The notes under the pieces are model-generated. The model saw only the letters and a list, made by a program, of their open reading frames with translations, was not told the DNA's origin and made no database searches. DNA of 64,000 nt from Candidatus Binatia bacterium (GTDB lineage Bacteria > Desulfobacterota > Binatia > Bin18), in the NCBI GenBank assembly GCA_965231775.1, contig OZ246888.1:785757-849756 (forward strand). The letters are read 5' to 3'. Made by a program: the position numbers and the translations under genes. Positions 1 to 9,547 of this stretch are shown here, piece by piece (positions within the stretch are counted from its first letter, which is position 1; every line of letters begins with the position of its first letter).

Positions 1-1
1 C

Positions 2-214
2 GGCGTACCTGGCGCATGGACCGCTTTCGTCATTGCGCTGATTACGCTGTTCTTTCTATTTCTCAACCCGGACTACCGGGTCGGCGTCTGGGGCTGTGCA
101 GTATGGTATGCGGCGGCGGTATTCTATTTTGCCGTCTACGGTCGCAAAACGCTCGTCTACTCACCCGAAGAGGACTTCGCCGTTACTCAACGGGCCGCGC
201 ATGGCCTGGATTAG
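2..214 (+). CDS. 3' end of an APC-family amino acid/ethanolamine permease (runs in from window edge)
   Basis: Frame 2 reads GVPGAWTAFVIALITLFFLFLNPDYRVGVWGCAVWYAAAVFYFAVYGRKTLVYSPEEDFAVTQRAAHGLD* (TAG 212-214): two hydrophobic helices then the YFAxYGR...SPEE(E/D)FA tail seen in ethanolamine/amino acid permeases. Not in the ORF track because it has no start. Confidence 0.6.
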   Translation, partial: GVPGAWTAFVIALITLFFLFLNPDYRVGVWGCAVWYAAAVFYFAVYGRKTLVYSPEEDFAVTQRAAHGLD

Positions 215-246
215 GACAGGAAGGACCTTACGAATCAACCTCCACC

Positions 247-446
247 GTCAAGCCGGGTCGCGTATTTGTCGTCGCCAATCATCAGCAACGCTTGTCGTCG
301 CACTGCTCTGTGAATGCCGAGCCCGCGCTCCAGGTATTTATCCCCACCTTCGCCGAGATCCCGAACAACCTTGAAACCGAGCAGTTTGTAAAATTCAAGC
401 GACCGTTCAAAATTACTCACATTGATATTGACGTGGAAGATACCTT
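247..446 (-). pseudogene. Isolated internal fragment of the VOC gene at 7172-7621 (direct repeat copy A)
   Basis: 247-446 matches 7415-7614 with 3 substitutions in ~200 bp; lacks the gene's start and its 3' ~80 codons. Confidence 0.9.
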
Positions 447-569
447 AAGAGACAGGAACGGCAAGCAGATCCCCACCAGCGAAAGCTTTCCTGGTGCTGG
501 AGCGTCTACCCCCTTGATTGTTCATCGCTTGACTGGTCCTAGTTTCTCAACCCGTTGGTTCTTGCCCGG

Positions 570-728
570 ATGCCCCCGCTGGTCCTAGATGCGGGAGCGG
601 ACCTCTCTTTTGTCCGCGACTGGCTCGGACATGCCAACATCCAGAACACCCTTGTGTACGCGCAGATCACGAATACCAACCGGGACCAGCAGGCCCGAAA
701 GGTTTTTATGAGTCCCCGCGTAGCATGA
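570..728 (+). pseudogene. C-terminal remnant of a tyrosine recombinase/integrase
   Basis: 585-728 translates LDAGADLSFVRDWLGHANIQNTLVYAQITNTNRDQQARKVFMSPRVA*: box II LGH...T..Y with the catalytic Tyr; box I and the HxxR region are absent. Confidence 0.8.
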
Positions 729-1054
729 GGCTACCGCTCCTGCTTGCCTCTTGAGCCGCATGAGAAATTTGGCGGCTCATTACACGGACCCTCCTGTTGG
801 GCCAAAAAAAGATGCGGCGGCAACCAATCCAAGCACACGCCACTGCCGACGGGTCAGTGCCGGTGGGCGGCCCAAAAGCCAGGTAAATTAGAGCCACCGG
901 GGGCGATAGGTTCGATCATCGTCAACGGATGGAATCGATTCGTGTGGAGCTCTGTCAGGCGTATCAGCCAAAGAAGGAAGCTTTGTTTTGCAATTTTGAT
1001 GAAATTGATCAGTCCAGCCTGTGGTATGAAACACCTGAAAATGCTAGCCGTACG

Positions 1055-1071
1055 AGACAAGACGCTTGTCT
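1055..1071. promoter_or_regulatory. Inverted repeat, candidate repressor operator upstream of the Rieske gene
   Basis: AGACAAG-acg-CTTGTCT, 23 bp before the ATG at 1095 and just upstream of the AGGAGG RBS. Confidence 0.4.
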
Positions 1072-1094
1072 TATGAATACAGGAGGGTACGCGT

Positions 1095-2330
1095 ATGGCA
1101 ACAGCCACGATGAACGAGCCGATGACAAACGGCTCAGCACAAACCTGGCACGAGAAGTACAATTTGGAAACCAGCCCAATTCCAATCGAACCATACATTT
1201 CTGAAGAGTATTTCGAGCTCGAAAAAGAGCACGTCTTTCAAAAAGTCTGGCTGAATGTCGGCCGGGTTGAACAGATCCCCAACCCAGGCGATTACTTTGT
1301 CAAAGATCTACCCATATGCCAGACCTCTATTGTGGTGGTTCGTGGTAAACAGGGCCAGGTGCATGCTTTTCACAATATGTGTGCCCATCGGGGTAACAAG
1401 GTCGTCTGGGACAAAGGCGGTTCCTGCCAGAACTTCACCTGCAAATTCCACGGTTGGAGTTATGGGCTCGACGGCAACCTCAAATTCGTCCCAGACGAAG
1501 AGAGCTTTTTTGATCTCAAGAAAGATCAGTTGGGACTGACCCCGGTAGCGGTCGATTCCTGGGAAGGGTTCATTTTTGTGAATGTTGATCCCCATCCAAC
1601 CGAAACCCTCCAGGAATACTTGGGTGAGTTTGCAGAACGCATAAGCGGCTATCCTTTTGCGGAAACGTCTGGCCAGTGTTTTTCGTGGCACACGGAAATC
1701 AAATGCAATTGGAAGCTGCTTAAGGACGCCTTTCAGGAGGCCTACCATGTTGCCTCTCTACATGCCGGTAGTACAGCCGATGTCTTCACCAGCCGTCAAA
1801 ATCCGTTTGGGCACGCGCTCGACTTCCGGCTCTTCACACGTCATTGCCAGTTATCATCCTTTGGCAACCCCGAACATACGCCGACTCCAGTGGAGGCTCT
1901 GGCCCATCAAGCTGGCTCCATCATCGTTCCGAATGAGTTTACGCAAGACGCTTTACCCCCAGGCGTGAATCCTACCCGTGACCCGCGCTGGGCGGTTGAT
2001 GTGAATATCTTTTTCCCGAACTTCTTTGTCGACGTGGGCCACGACACCTATTTCACGTTCAATTTCTGGCCGTTGGCTGTTGACCGCTCCATCTGGGAAG
2101 CGGGCATCTATTTTCCGAAAGCGAAAAGCGCTTCCCAACGCTTTAGTCAGGAATACAGTAAGGTTCTCGTCCGCGACGTTCTCACCGAAGATGCCTCCAC
2201 GTTGGAACAGACCCAGGAAATGCTTGCCTCAGGTGCGAAGAAGGAATTCACCATCCAAGATCAAGAACTCCTCGTGCGCTTTAGTAATAAAGTATTGGAC
2301 GACTATATTGGCAAAGTGCCGGCGCATTAG
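1095..2330 (+). CDS. Rieske non-heme iron aromatic ring-hydroxylating oxygenase alpha subunit
   Basis: CAHRG...CKFHGW Rieske ligands, EAYHVASLH mononuclear-iron motif and distal EDA; RBS AGGAGG. Confidence 0.93.
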   Translation: MATATMNEPMTNGSAQTWHEKYNLETSPIPIEPYISEEYFELEKEHVFQKVWLNVGRVEQIPNPGDYFVKDLPICQTSIVVVRGKQGQVHAFHNMCAHRGNKVVWDKGGSCQNFTCKFHGWSYGLDGNLKFVPDEESFFDLKKDQLGLTPVAVDSWEGFIFVNVDPHPTETLQEYLGEFAERISGYPFAETSGQCFSWHTEIKCNWKLLKDAFQEAYHVASLHAGSTADVFTSRQNPFGHALDFRLFTRHCQLSSFGNPEHTPTPVEALAHQAGSIIVPNEFTQDALPPGVNPTRDPRWAVDVNIFFPNFFVDVGHDTYFTFNFWPLAVDRSIWEAGIYFPKAKSASQRFSQEYSKVLVRDVLTEDASTLEQTQEMLASGAKKEFTIQDQELLVRFSNKVLDDYIGKVPAH

Positions 2331-2365
2331 CGCCAGTGGCGCTTCTTCTTTTCTTGTGAATAGAG

Positions 2366-2394
2366 AGGGGCGGCCTTTGGATCGTCCCTTTTTT
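2366..2394 (+). terminator. Rho-independent terminator after the Rieske gene
   Basis: AGGGGCGG-loop-TCGTCCCT followed by a T6 tract. Confidence 0.55.
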
Positions 2395-2581
2395 ATGTGT
2401 GCTGCTGAAAGAAAGCGACTGCCGCTTGATTAAACGCGTCTGGTGCTTCGAGATTCACCGCATGTTTGTATCGGAAAGCGGGTAGCCCGAATGAAAAGAA
2501 AGATCGCCAGGTGAAGCAGCTCGCTGATAATATTTTTGCGGACCTCTTATCTGCCCCATCTGGACAAACCCCAAATAATGG

Positions 2582-3775
2582 TCATAGCAAGAAAAAGGCG
2601 TACGACGGTTCAATCCCTAGCAACATGCGGCCGCCAGCCTCAAATTGTTGCGGAGAGGTCGCGACATGCTGGGTGAGCGCGTGGATATCACGCAAGGACC
2701 GCTGCAAGGGGCTGCTGAGATAATTTGCCGTGCCGCCGGCAGCCGTGTAGGCGAGGTCTGTCGCCCGGGCTGCGCTGCGCGTGGCATTCGCGGCGGCTAG
2801 CACCAAGCGCCCCCGTTCCTCCAGCGATGCCTCTCTTTTGGTGGTAGCCACTTCCCACGCGTGGTCTATAGAAGCGTAGAGCCAGGCGCGCGCTGATTCA
2901 ACGAGTGCTACGGCATCGGCAAGCTGGAAGTGGAACCCCGGACGGTCGCGCAACGTTTGTTTTTGCCCGGCGGGCTTCTTGGATTCAGCCAGTGTCACAA
3001 CGGCATCAATCGCTCCCTGAGCGATGCCCAAGGCGACCGCAGCCATCGGAAAGGCAAAGGCGCTAATCCACGGGTAGTAGCGGTACAGCGGGCCTTGGAA
3101 ATGTTTGCTCTGCGGTGGCTGTGACCCCACCAGAAAAGAGTAGGCTTCCGGGACAAAGACTTTATCAAGCGAGTACGTATTGCTGCCGGTCCCACAGAAC
3201 CCGCTGACCTGCCAACTATCCTCGTGAATGGTCACGTCCGTACGCGGTACGTAGAACCAACGCAATTCGGGAACCTCGCCAGCCAGCCGCCTCTCGCCAT
3301 TTTCGAACACGTGACAGGCCGCGGCCAACCAGTCGCAATGGTGACAGCCGCTCGCGTAGGGCCAGCGGCCGCTGATGATATAGCCTCCGTCTTGGACAAC
3401 AGCCTTACCTGGGGGATAGATCGTGCCGCCCGTGATGACCTGCGGGGCGGTGAAAATCTTCTCCGCCGCTTCATCACAGAGATACTTGCCAAAAGAGCCT
3501 CCAACCCCCAACAAACATACACACCAGCCCGTGGACCCATCGATGCGGGCCACTTCCTCGGAGACGCGATATAAGGTCTGCGGGGGCACCTCCAACCCCC
3601 CCAACGAGCGCGGGATAAACATACGAAACACCCCGGCTTCCGCCAGTGCGGCAACAACCGTTTCGGACAATCGGCCGTTCCGTTCCGCCTCGTCCGCATG
3701 CTCCCGAATCAGGGGTTCGAGCGCGCCTATAGAGCGAAGGAGTGTGTCGAGCTGCTGAGCATCCATTTCTGCCAT
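2582..3775 (-). CDS. Acyl-CoA dehydrogenase-fold flavin-dependent monooxygenase (HsaA/IacA-like hydroxylase)
   Basis: MAEMDAQQL start with GAAGGGA RBS; GRWPYASGCHHCDW, W..SGFCGTGS and LQRSLRDIH motifs of class D two-component monooxygenases. Start moved from the ORF-track 4012. Confidence 0.85.
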   Translation of the reverse strand: MAEMDAQQLDTLLRSIGALEPLIREHADEAERNGRLSETVVAALAEAGVFRMFIPRSLGGLEVPPQTLYRVSEEVARIDGSTGWCVCLLGVGGSFGKYLCDEAAEKIFTAPQVITGGTIYPPGKAVVQDGGYIISGRWPYASGCHHCDWLAAACHVFENGERRLAGEVPELRWFYVPRTDVTIHEDSWQVSGFCGTGSNTYSLDKVFVPEAYSFLVGSQPPQSKHFQGPLYRYYPWISAFAFPMAAVALGIAQGAIDAVVTLAESKKPAGQKQTLRDRPGFHFQLADAVALVESARAWLYASIDHAWEVATTKREASLEERGRLVLAAANATRSAARATDLAYTAAGGTANYLSSPLQRSLRDIHALTQHVATSPQQFEAGGRMLLGIEPSYAFFLL

Positions 3776-3996
3776 ATCGTCTTTCCCTTCGGTTGGAATG
3801 TTGCGCAACCGTGGATGCGTAACTCTGCTTTTCCCGTCGTGGATATCAGTCAGATCAAACCCCACAGCTTGGACAGCGCATACAAATTCAGTACCCCTCC
3901 GTCTGTCTGGGTGCAAGCCGCGCGGCGAGTTGACAATGCCATCGTAATTGCTACACGGAGAAGCCAAGGAACGAATCACACAGGAGGACACAGACG

Positions 3997-5121
3997 GTGG
4001 CAGATTACCCATTGATCTCAGCAGATTCTCATTTTGTTGAGCCGCCCAATATGTGGGCCGAGCGCCTCGATCAACGCTTCCGCGACCGTGCTCCGCGTGC
4101 CGTACGACTCGACGGGAAGCCGGGCGAGTATTTTGTGTGCGAGGACCTGGCGCCAGCCCCGGTCGCCGCTTTTTTCAGCGCTGGTGTTCCAGCCGCCGAG
4201 ATACCGGAATTTATGAAGCGTGGCTTTGATGAAGCGCCGAAAGCCGTCCACGACCCAGCTGAACGAATCAAAGACCAAGACCGCGACAATGTGGCGGCCG
4301 AAGTCATTTACACCTTGATGGGCATGCCGCTGTTCGGGCTCGAGGATGCTGAGTTCCGCGCGGCGTGTTTCCGCGCCTTCAATGACTGGGCCACAGACTA
4401 TTGCCAATACAATCTCAAGCGCTTGATCCCGCTCGGTCTGGTTACGCTTGAAGATATCCCAGCTGCAGTCGCCGAGCTTGAGCGAATCAAGCAGCGGGGC
4501 ATGGCCGGGGCGATGATCTGGGGAGAAGCGCCGGCCGATCGGCCGTATTCACATCCGGACTACGATCCGTTCTGGGCTGCCGCCCAGGATCTCGATATGG
4601 CCCTGTCCCTCCATATTTTGACGGGCGCCAAAGGCACGTCTGGCCACGCCAGCAAGGTGCTCAATCCGAATATGCAGGGCGTCGAGTTCATGACCGGCCT
4701 CATCTCGATGGTGCATCCGATCGAGCGCTCGTTGACCGCCTTCGTCATTGGTGGCGTATTTGAGCGATTTCCCCGCCTCAAGATCGTCTCAGCGGAAAAC
4801 GATGTTGGTTGGCTGCCGTTCTTTCTGTACCGCATCGACAAATATGCCGCCAGCGGCTTAGCCAATATCAAACTGCCGCTCAAGCCCAGCGAGTATATCA
4901 AGCGGCAAGTGTACGCAACGTTCATTAACGACCCGGTGTTTATGAACCTGCTCGACTGGTACCCGGCGGACAACATCATGTGGTCGTCCGACTATCCGCA
5001 TGGCCAGGCGACGTTCCCCCGCTCGCAGGACTATGTCGCGCAGCACTTGAGCAAAGTGTCCGAAACCGATCGGCGCAAAATCGTGCATGATACGGCCGCC
5101 ACGTTCTACGGCCTCAGCTAG
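3997..5121 (+). CDS. Amidohydrolase_2 family protein
   Basis: ISADSH metal motif, LSLH, AEND, WSSDYPH; GTG start with GGAGGA RBS. Confidence 0.92.
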   Translation: MADYPLISADSHFVEPPNMWAERLDQRFRDRAPRAVRLDGKPGEYFVCEDLAPAPVAAFFSAGVPAAEIPEFMKRGFDEAPKAVHDPAERIKDQDRDNVAAEVIYTLMGMPLFGLEDAEFRAACFRAFNDWATDYCQYNLKRLIPLGLVTLEDIPAAVAELERIKQRGMAGAMIWGEAPADRPYSHPDYDPFWAAAQDLDMALSLHILTGAKGTSGHASKVLNPNMQGVEFMTGLISMVHPIERSLTAFVIGGVFERFPRLKIVSAENDVGWLPFFLYRIDKYAASGLANIKLPLKPSEYIKRQVYATFINDPVFMNLLDWYPADNIMWSSDYPHGQATFPRSQDYVAQHLSKVSETDRRKIVHDTAATFYGLS

Positions 5122-5564
5122 GGGTGGGCGCTTCCCTCCGGGGAAGCCTATGAGGCGTGTGAAACGTCCAGGGCTGGCCGCTGCAGAGCCAGCTCCTTGA
5201 GTTGTGGAGCATCAAGCTTGGAGCGGCTGCCCGTTTGGTCCTCATGCGCAGTCGCCCCCCCAAGGCTCAAGCCGCTCTGGAAGGACTTCGACGTAATTAC
5301 GGCCAGAACGCCCTTCACAGGAATCCATCAGGAAGTTCAGATCGGACCAGCGATCAACCTCTCCGAACACGGTTTATGTCGGGTCATTAGTCGGGGGCGT
5401 GTGAGTGCGCAGTTTAAACCCGGGGGGGCAGGAAGCTCCGACCTATTTCGCCGCCTTGTCCTGGATCCCCCGAACGATTGTAGTAAGAGGCTCGAAGTTC
5501 CATGTGGTCGGTGTTCTTCCTCTCGTCAGCTGCGGCTATATCACCTTAGCCAACAGCAAAATAC

Positions 5565-5720
5565 GGTAGTGGTTGAACTGCACATGAAGACGTAGAGTTG
5601 GGGTCATGATTCAAGAAGTGATTACCCACGGGTGTCCCCACTGTGACAGTGTGGAGATTGTGAAGAACGGTCATAATCCCCAGGGAAGCAACCATATCGG
5701 TGTAAAGCGTGTGGGCGCAG
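5565..5720 (+). mobile_element. IS1-family remnant (left IR-like end plus frameshifted InsA zinc-ribbon)
   Basis: GGTAGTGGTTGAAC at 5565 resembles IS1 ends; ATG 5606 gives MIQEVITHGCPHCDSVEIVKNGHNPQG, and after a 1-bp frameshift KQPYRCKACGR (CxxC...NG...G.Q.Y.CxxC). Confidence 0.75.
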
Positions 5721-5806
5721 GGTGAAAGGGGGCGCCCGTAGGGCTGTTCACTGCTCTTTACATGACAGAGAGACGCGCCCCCTTGTTTGTCTCACATCTC
5801 TGTTTC

Positions 5807-6982
5807 TCACCCGACCCCCAGCGGCAGAGTTTTGAGTCCGCGGAACCAGGGAAAGTCGACCCGGGTAAACGGCTCATCCGTGCGCGCCACATGTGGGAAT
5901 TGCTTGAGTACGATCTCCAAGACGAGTTTGGTCTCTAAACGGGCTAACAACGCCCCTAGACAAAAATGGATGCCAAACCCAAAACCGAGGTGGCCCTCGG
6001 TGTTGCGATGGATGTCAAACCGGTCCGGGTTGGGAAAGTGTTGTTCGTCCCGATTGGCCGAGGCAATCAGATAGAAGATCTTGGCTCCCGCGGGCAGAGA
6101 GGTTCCAGCGATGTCCACCGCTTGCGTCGTTTGGCGAGGCATCATCTGGACGGCGGTGTCATAACGTAAGGTTTCCTCGACGACGTTGGGGATCAGGGCC
6201 GGATTCGCCCGCACTTGAGCCATCTGCTCGGGATGCTCAAGCAGGGCCAGCATCATATTACCGATGAGATTGGTAGTCGTCTCTGCCCCGCCAAGGAGGA
6301 TGAGGAGGGCCAAGCTCAGCACTTCTTCCCTGGTCAGCCGCTGCTCCTCCTCTTCGGCCCGCACCAAATCACTGAGCAAATTATCCCGTGGGCGTACGCG
6401 GCAGGTCTCAATCGCGGCTTGGAGATAGGCCACAAATTCCGCCTGGCTGCGGCGAACCTCCACTTCATCCTCCGGGCTCAAAGCAAAGGGATTCATCGCT
6501 TTGAGAAAGTTGTTCGCCCAGCGTTTAAAGTCCGCGTATCGTTCTGGTGTCACCCCCAAGAGTTCGGCAACGGCGATAATCGGCAGGGGCACGGCCACAC
6601 CACTCACCAGATCAAATGTTCCCTGCCCGGCTATCGGGTCAAGGAGTTGCCGGATAATCTCTCGCAAACGGGTCTCCAAACTGGCAATGCGCCGTGGGGT
6701 AAAGGCGCGGTTGGCCAATTTCCGCAGCCGCGTGTGGTCGGGTGGATCGCTCCCACTCAAGGGGGGGGCTGCGGGCGGAAACGGATTTAAGTCTCCCATC
6801 GACCCTAAGAGGTTCACAGACGAGAACACGCGCGGATTGCGCAAGACGGACAACACATCATCGTAACGACTGATCATCCATCCGAAATCTGGGACCTGAT
6901 AGACCGGCGCATGTTCGCGCAGATACGCATAGTAGGGATACGGATTGTCTCTGACTTCCGGTAAGAACGGATTGTATTCCAT
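5807..6982 (-). CDS. Cytochrome P450
   Basis: GGAETT I-helix, EETLR (ExxR), FGFGIHFCLG heme-Cys loop; start MEYNPF with GAGGAG RBS. Confidence 0.96.
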   Translation of the reverse strand: MEYNPFLPEVRDNPYPYYAYLREHAPVYQVPDFGWMISRYDDVLSVLRNPRVFSSVNLLGSMGDLNPFPPAAPPLSGSDPPDHTRLRKLANRAFTPRRIASLETRLREIIRQLLDPIAGQGTFDLVSGVAVPLPIIAVAELLGVTPERYADFKRWANNFLKAMNPFALSPEDEVEVRRSQAEFVAYLQAAIETCRVRPRDNLLSDLVRAEEEEQRLTREEVLSLALLILLGGAETTTNLIGNMMLALLEHPEQMAQVRANPALIPNVVEETLRYDTAVQMMPRQTTQAVDIAGTSLPAGAKIFYLIASANRDEQHFPNPDRFDIHRNTEGHLGFGFGIHFCLGALLARLETKLVLEIVLKQFPHVARTDEPFTRVDFPWFRGLKTLPLGVG

Positions 6983-7171
6983 AACTCTCCTCTTTTTTCC
7001 GTTACGTTGGGAAACGGTTCCGACACAAGAAAGAGCAAGAGTGTATTCGGGCGCAACACCAGGCGCACGGGGGCGGTATATGGCCATAAAGTCCGCCTGG
7101 ACCACGGCGGTGAAGTCACCTTCGTGCCGCCCACTCTACTGCCCTAGCCTCCCGCTCTTGCTCTCTTCTTT

Positions 7172-7621
7172 CTACTTAAACTGAATCAACTCGATCACGG
7201 TGCCATCAGGATCGTAGAAGCAGACGAACGATAAAGTTGTCCCGTCGGGATTTTGCATCCGCTGCGGCTCAGAGATGAACTTCACCTCAGCGGCTTTGAG
7301 CTTGTCGTATCTCTCCTGCAAGTCGTCGGTCCACAATGCCATCCGGTTAATACCCGCATGATAGAGGTGCGGATACGGCTTGCCCTCGGTGGGCGGATCC
7401 TTCCATTCGATCAGGTCAAGCCGGGTCGCGTATTTGTCGTCGCCAATCATCAGCAACGCTTGTCGTCGCACTGCTCTGTGAATGCCGAGCCCGCGCTCCA
7501 GGTATTTATCCCCACCTTCGCCGAGATCCCGGACAACCCTGAAACCGAGCAGTTTGTAAAATTCAAGCGATCGTTCAAAATTACTCACATTGATATTGAC
7601 GTGGAAGATACCTTTGACCAT
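7172..7621 (-). CDS. VOC/glyoxalase family protein
   Basis: MVKGIFHVNINVSNFERSLEFY...DPDGTVIELI; RBS AAGGAG. Confidence 0.9.
   Translation of the reverse strand: MVKGIFHVNINVSNFERSLEFYKLLGFRVVRDLGEGGDKYLERGLGIHRAVRRQALLMIGDDKYATRLDLIEWKDPPTEGKPYPHLYHAGINRMALWTDDLQERYDKLKAAEVKFISEPQRMQNPDGTTLSFVCFYDPDGTVIELIQFK
7415..7614. repeat. Direct repeat copy B (within intact VOC gene), partner of 247-446
   Basis: ~200 bp, 3 mismatches to copy A. Confidence 0.92.
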
Positions 7622-7743
7622 GGGGTGTCTCCTTGCTTCTACACGGGCCAGCGGGCAAAAAGGATGCACCGGAATACACCCTTGTGAAGAAAAGAAAAAT
7701 GCACGTGCCGGGGCAGCTCAGGAAGTGCCCCGATCGTATAATT

Positions 7744-8208
7744 TTAGGCGCTGGCGGCTTGCGCTTCGGCGTTGTTCTGGGTGAACGTGACTTCTCCGAC
7801 CTCAGAGCCACTCAACACAACTAGCAGGTGGCCTTCTTCGTCGCCGATATTACGAAAGCCTTCGTTCGTCCAGGCGGGGAAGGAAATGGTATCCCACGGG
7901 CCAAGGTTGACCTCATGCTCTCCATTTTCACCCCAGAAAAAAGTCCACTGGCCAGACAGGACAACAAACACCTCCGGCTTTGGATGGCTGTGGAGCGGCG
8001 ACCCTTTGCCTGGGCTGACCTTATTAATTCCCATGTAGAAGCCATGGTCGCCTGCGATTGGCGGCACGGTTTTGCCCGCTTTTCCGATGAGGGAGTAACC
8101 TTGGGTGCCGTCCGGCTTATAGTTTTCCATGAAGCCAGCGTAATCGATCGGCTTCAGGTTCTGAAAACGCGCGAACGTGGTGGTCATTTCTTCCGTTGCC
8201 GTAGCCAT
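7744..8208 (-). CDS. Cupin domain protein
   Basis: PLHSHPKPEVFVVLSG cupin motif 1; GGAGG RBS. Confidence 0.85.
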   Translation of the reverse strand: MATATEEMTTTFARFQNLKPIDYAGFMENYKPDGTQGYSLIGKAGKTVPPIAGDHGFYMGINKVSPGKGSPLHSHPKPEVFVVLSGQWTFFWGENGEHEVNLGPWDTISFPAWTNEGFRNIGDEEGHLLVVLSGSEVGEVTFTQNNAEAQAASA

Positions 8209-8267
8209 ATGATCCCTCCTTATAGACAGTGGTTGCCAGTGTTGCGTCGTGCGATCCGTCGTTGTGG

Positions 8268-9404
8268 CTAGTTCAGCTTATAGAACTCCATCGCCCCCCC
8301 AGCCAGCACAGTGCGCCGCTGAGACTCGGGCAGCTTTTCAGCGATCTGCTCCGGAGCGCCGGGAAAGAAGCCATCTGGATGCGGATAGTCGGTCGCCCAC
8401 AGGATTTTATTCGGACCGACATAGTCCACCAGATGGGTCAGATTGCCCTCAACCGGTTCGTAGGAAATCCAGCACTGGCGCTTGAAGTACTCGCTCGGTG
8501 GCATGGTGAGTGAGGAATCGTTGAACAGCGCTTTGTCTTCATAGTGGCGATCCATGCGGTCGAGCCACGGCGCCATCCAGCCGCCGCCTGACTCCAGAAA
8601 ACCAACCCGGACTTTGGGGAAACGTTCACACACCCCATCCCAGATGATCGACAGGGCGGCCAGCATCATCTCCATGGTATGCGACACCATGTGCTTGGCG
8701 CCAAAACTCGTAAAACGATCGACGCCAACCGCCGGCATGCCGCCCGTCCCCTCGTGGATGCCGACCGAAAAATCGAGCTCCTGGGCTTCGGCCCAGAAGA
8801 CGTCGTAATCCCGGTGGCCTAACATTTTATCGTTGTACGGGTTGGGGCGTAGGAAACCGGCCCGCATGCCCAGTTCGTTGCGGGCATAGCGCATCTCTTC
8901 AACGGCCAGCTCAATCGACTGCATCGGCAGCATGGCGACCCCAAACATCCGGTCCGGATACGGGCTGCAATAATCGGCCAACCAGCGGTTGTAGGAACGG
9001 CTGGCGGCAGCGGCCAGCTCGGGATCTTGAATCGCCCCGGCAAACAGCCCAAGGCTCGGATACAGAAAAGCGGCATCAATGCCATCCAGGTCCATGTCAG
9101 GAATCCGAGCGTGCGGATCAAAGCCGCCCTTGCGCCCCTGGGTATATTCCAGGTTGACCGATACTTTCTCGGCATGGTGCCATTTACCGTCGATTTTTTT
9201 GCGCACCCCAATCGCCCCAATCAGTCCGAGTCCTGCCGGCGGGCCGAGCAGTTTGCCTTCCACCTGGAAGCGATCTTTGCCGTCGGTATCGATAATGAGC
9301 TCTGGCGCCTGATCGCGATACTGCGGGTCGATATACTCCCGCCAAAAGTTGCGCGGTTCTAAGACATGGCCGTCGGAATCAATCACATTATACGTGCGTC
9401 CCAT
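8268..9404 (-). CDS. Amidohydrolase_2 family protein
   Basis: IDSDGH, GIHEG, FLESGG, WATDYPH motifs. Confidence 0.92.
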   Translation of the reverse strand: MGRTYNVIDSDGHVLEPRNFWREYIDPQYRDQAPELIIDTDGKDRFQVEGKLLGPPAGLGLIGAIGVRKKIDGKWHHAEKVSVNLEYTQGRKGGFDPHARIPDMDLDGIDAAFLYPSLGLFAGAIQDPELAAAASRSYNRWLADYCSPYPDRMFGVAMLPMQSIELAVEEMRYARNELGMRAGFLRPNPYNDKMLGHRDYDVFWAEAQELDFSVGIHEGTGGMPAVGVDRFTSFGAKHMVSHTMEMMLAALSIIWDGVCERFPKVRVGFLESGGGWMAPWLDRMDRHYEDKALFNDSSLTMPPSEYFKRQCWISYEPVEGNLTHLVDYVGPNKILWATDYPHPDGFFPGAPEQIAEKLPESQRRTVLAGGAMEFYKLN

Positions 9405-9547
9405 GACGTCCCTCCTTATGGCGTGGGTATAGCAGATTATTGCGGCGTATCAATCAGAAAAATAGGACAAGACGATGTTGCCAGAGTGACTGAATCGCCG
9501 GATAGACAGTCAGAAATGAGCAATTTTGTCACCCTGGGTGACAGGCT

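Noticed and set aside
16-588. 190-aa plus-strand ORF
   Set aside because: Chimeric shadow frame crossing the permease end, the antisense VOC fragment and spacer; no family motif.
533-588. 10-bp direct repeat CTGGTCCTAG (533-542, 579-588) next to the integrase stump
   Set aside because: Only 46 bp apart with nothing recognisable between; too short to support a target-site duplication.
5122-5564. ORFs 5197-5595 and 5202-5390
   Set aside because: No RBS or recognisable domain in any frame I translated; probably degraded DNA, unassigned.
2582-7105. ORF-track long N-terminal extensions (2582-4012, 5807-7105; likewise 24942-25910, 32941-34356, 45995-46810, 49109-50374)
   Set aside because: They overlap neighbouring genes or promoters, and a downstream start with a good RBS matches the family N-terminus.
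247-7614. The ~200-bp repeat pair as a DGR template/variable repeat
   Set aside because: The three differences are not confined to adenines on either strand, and no reverse transcriptase is present.
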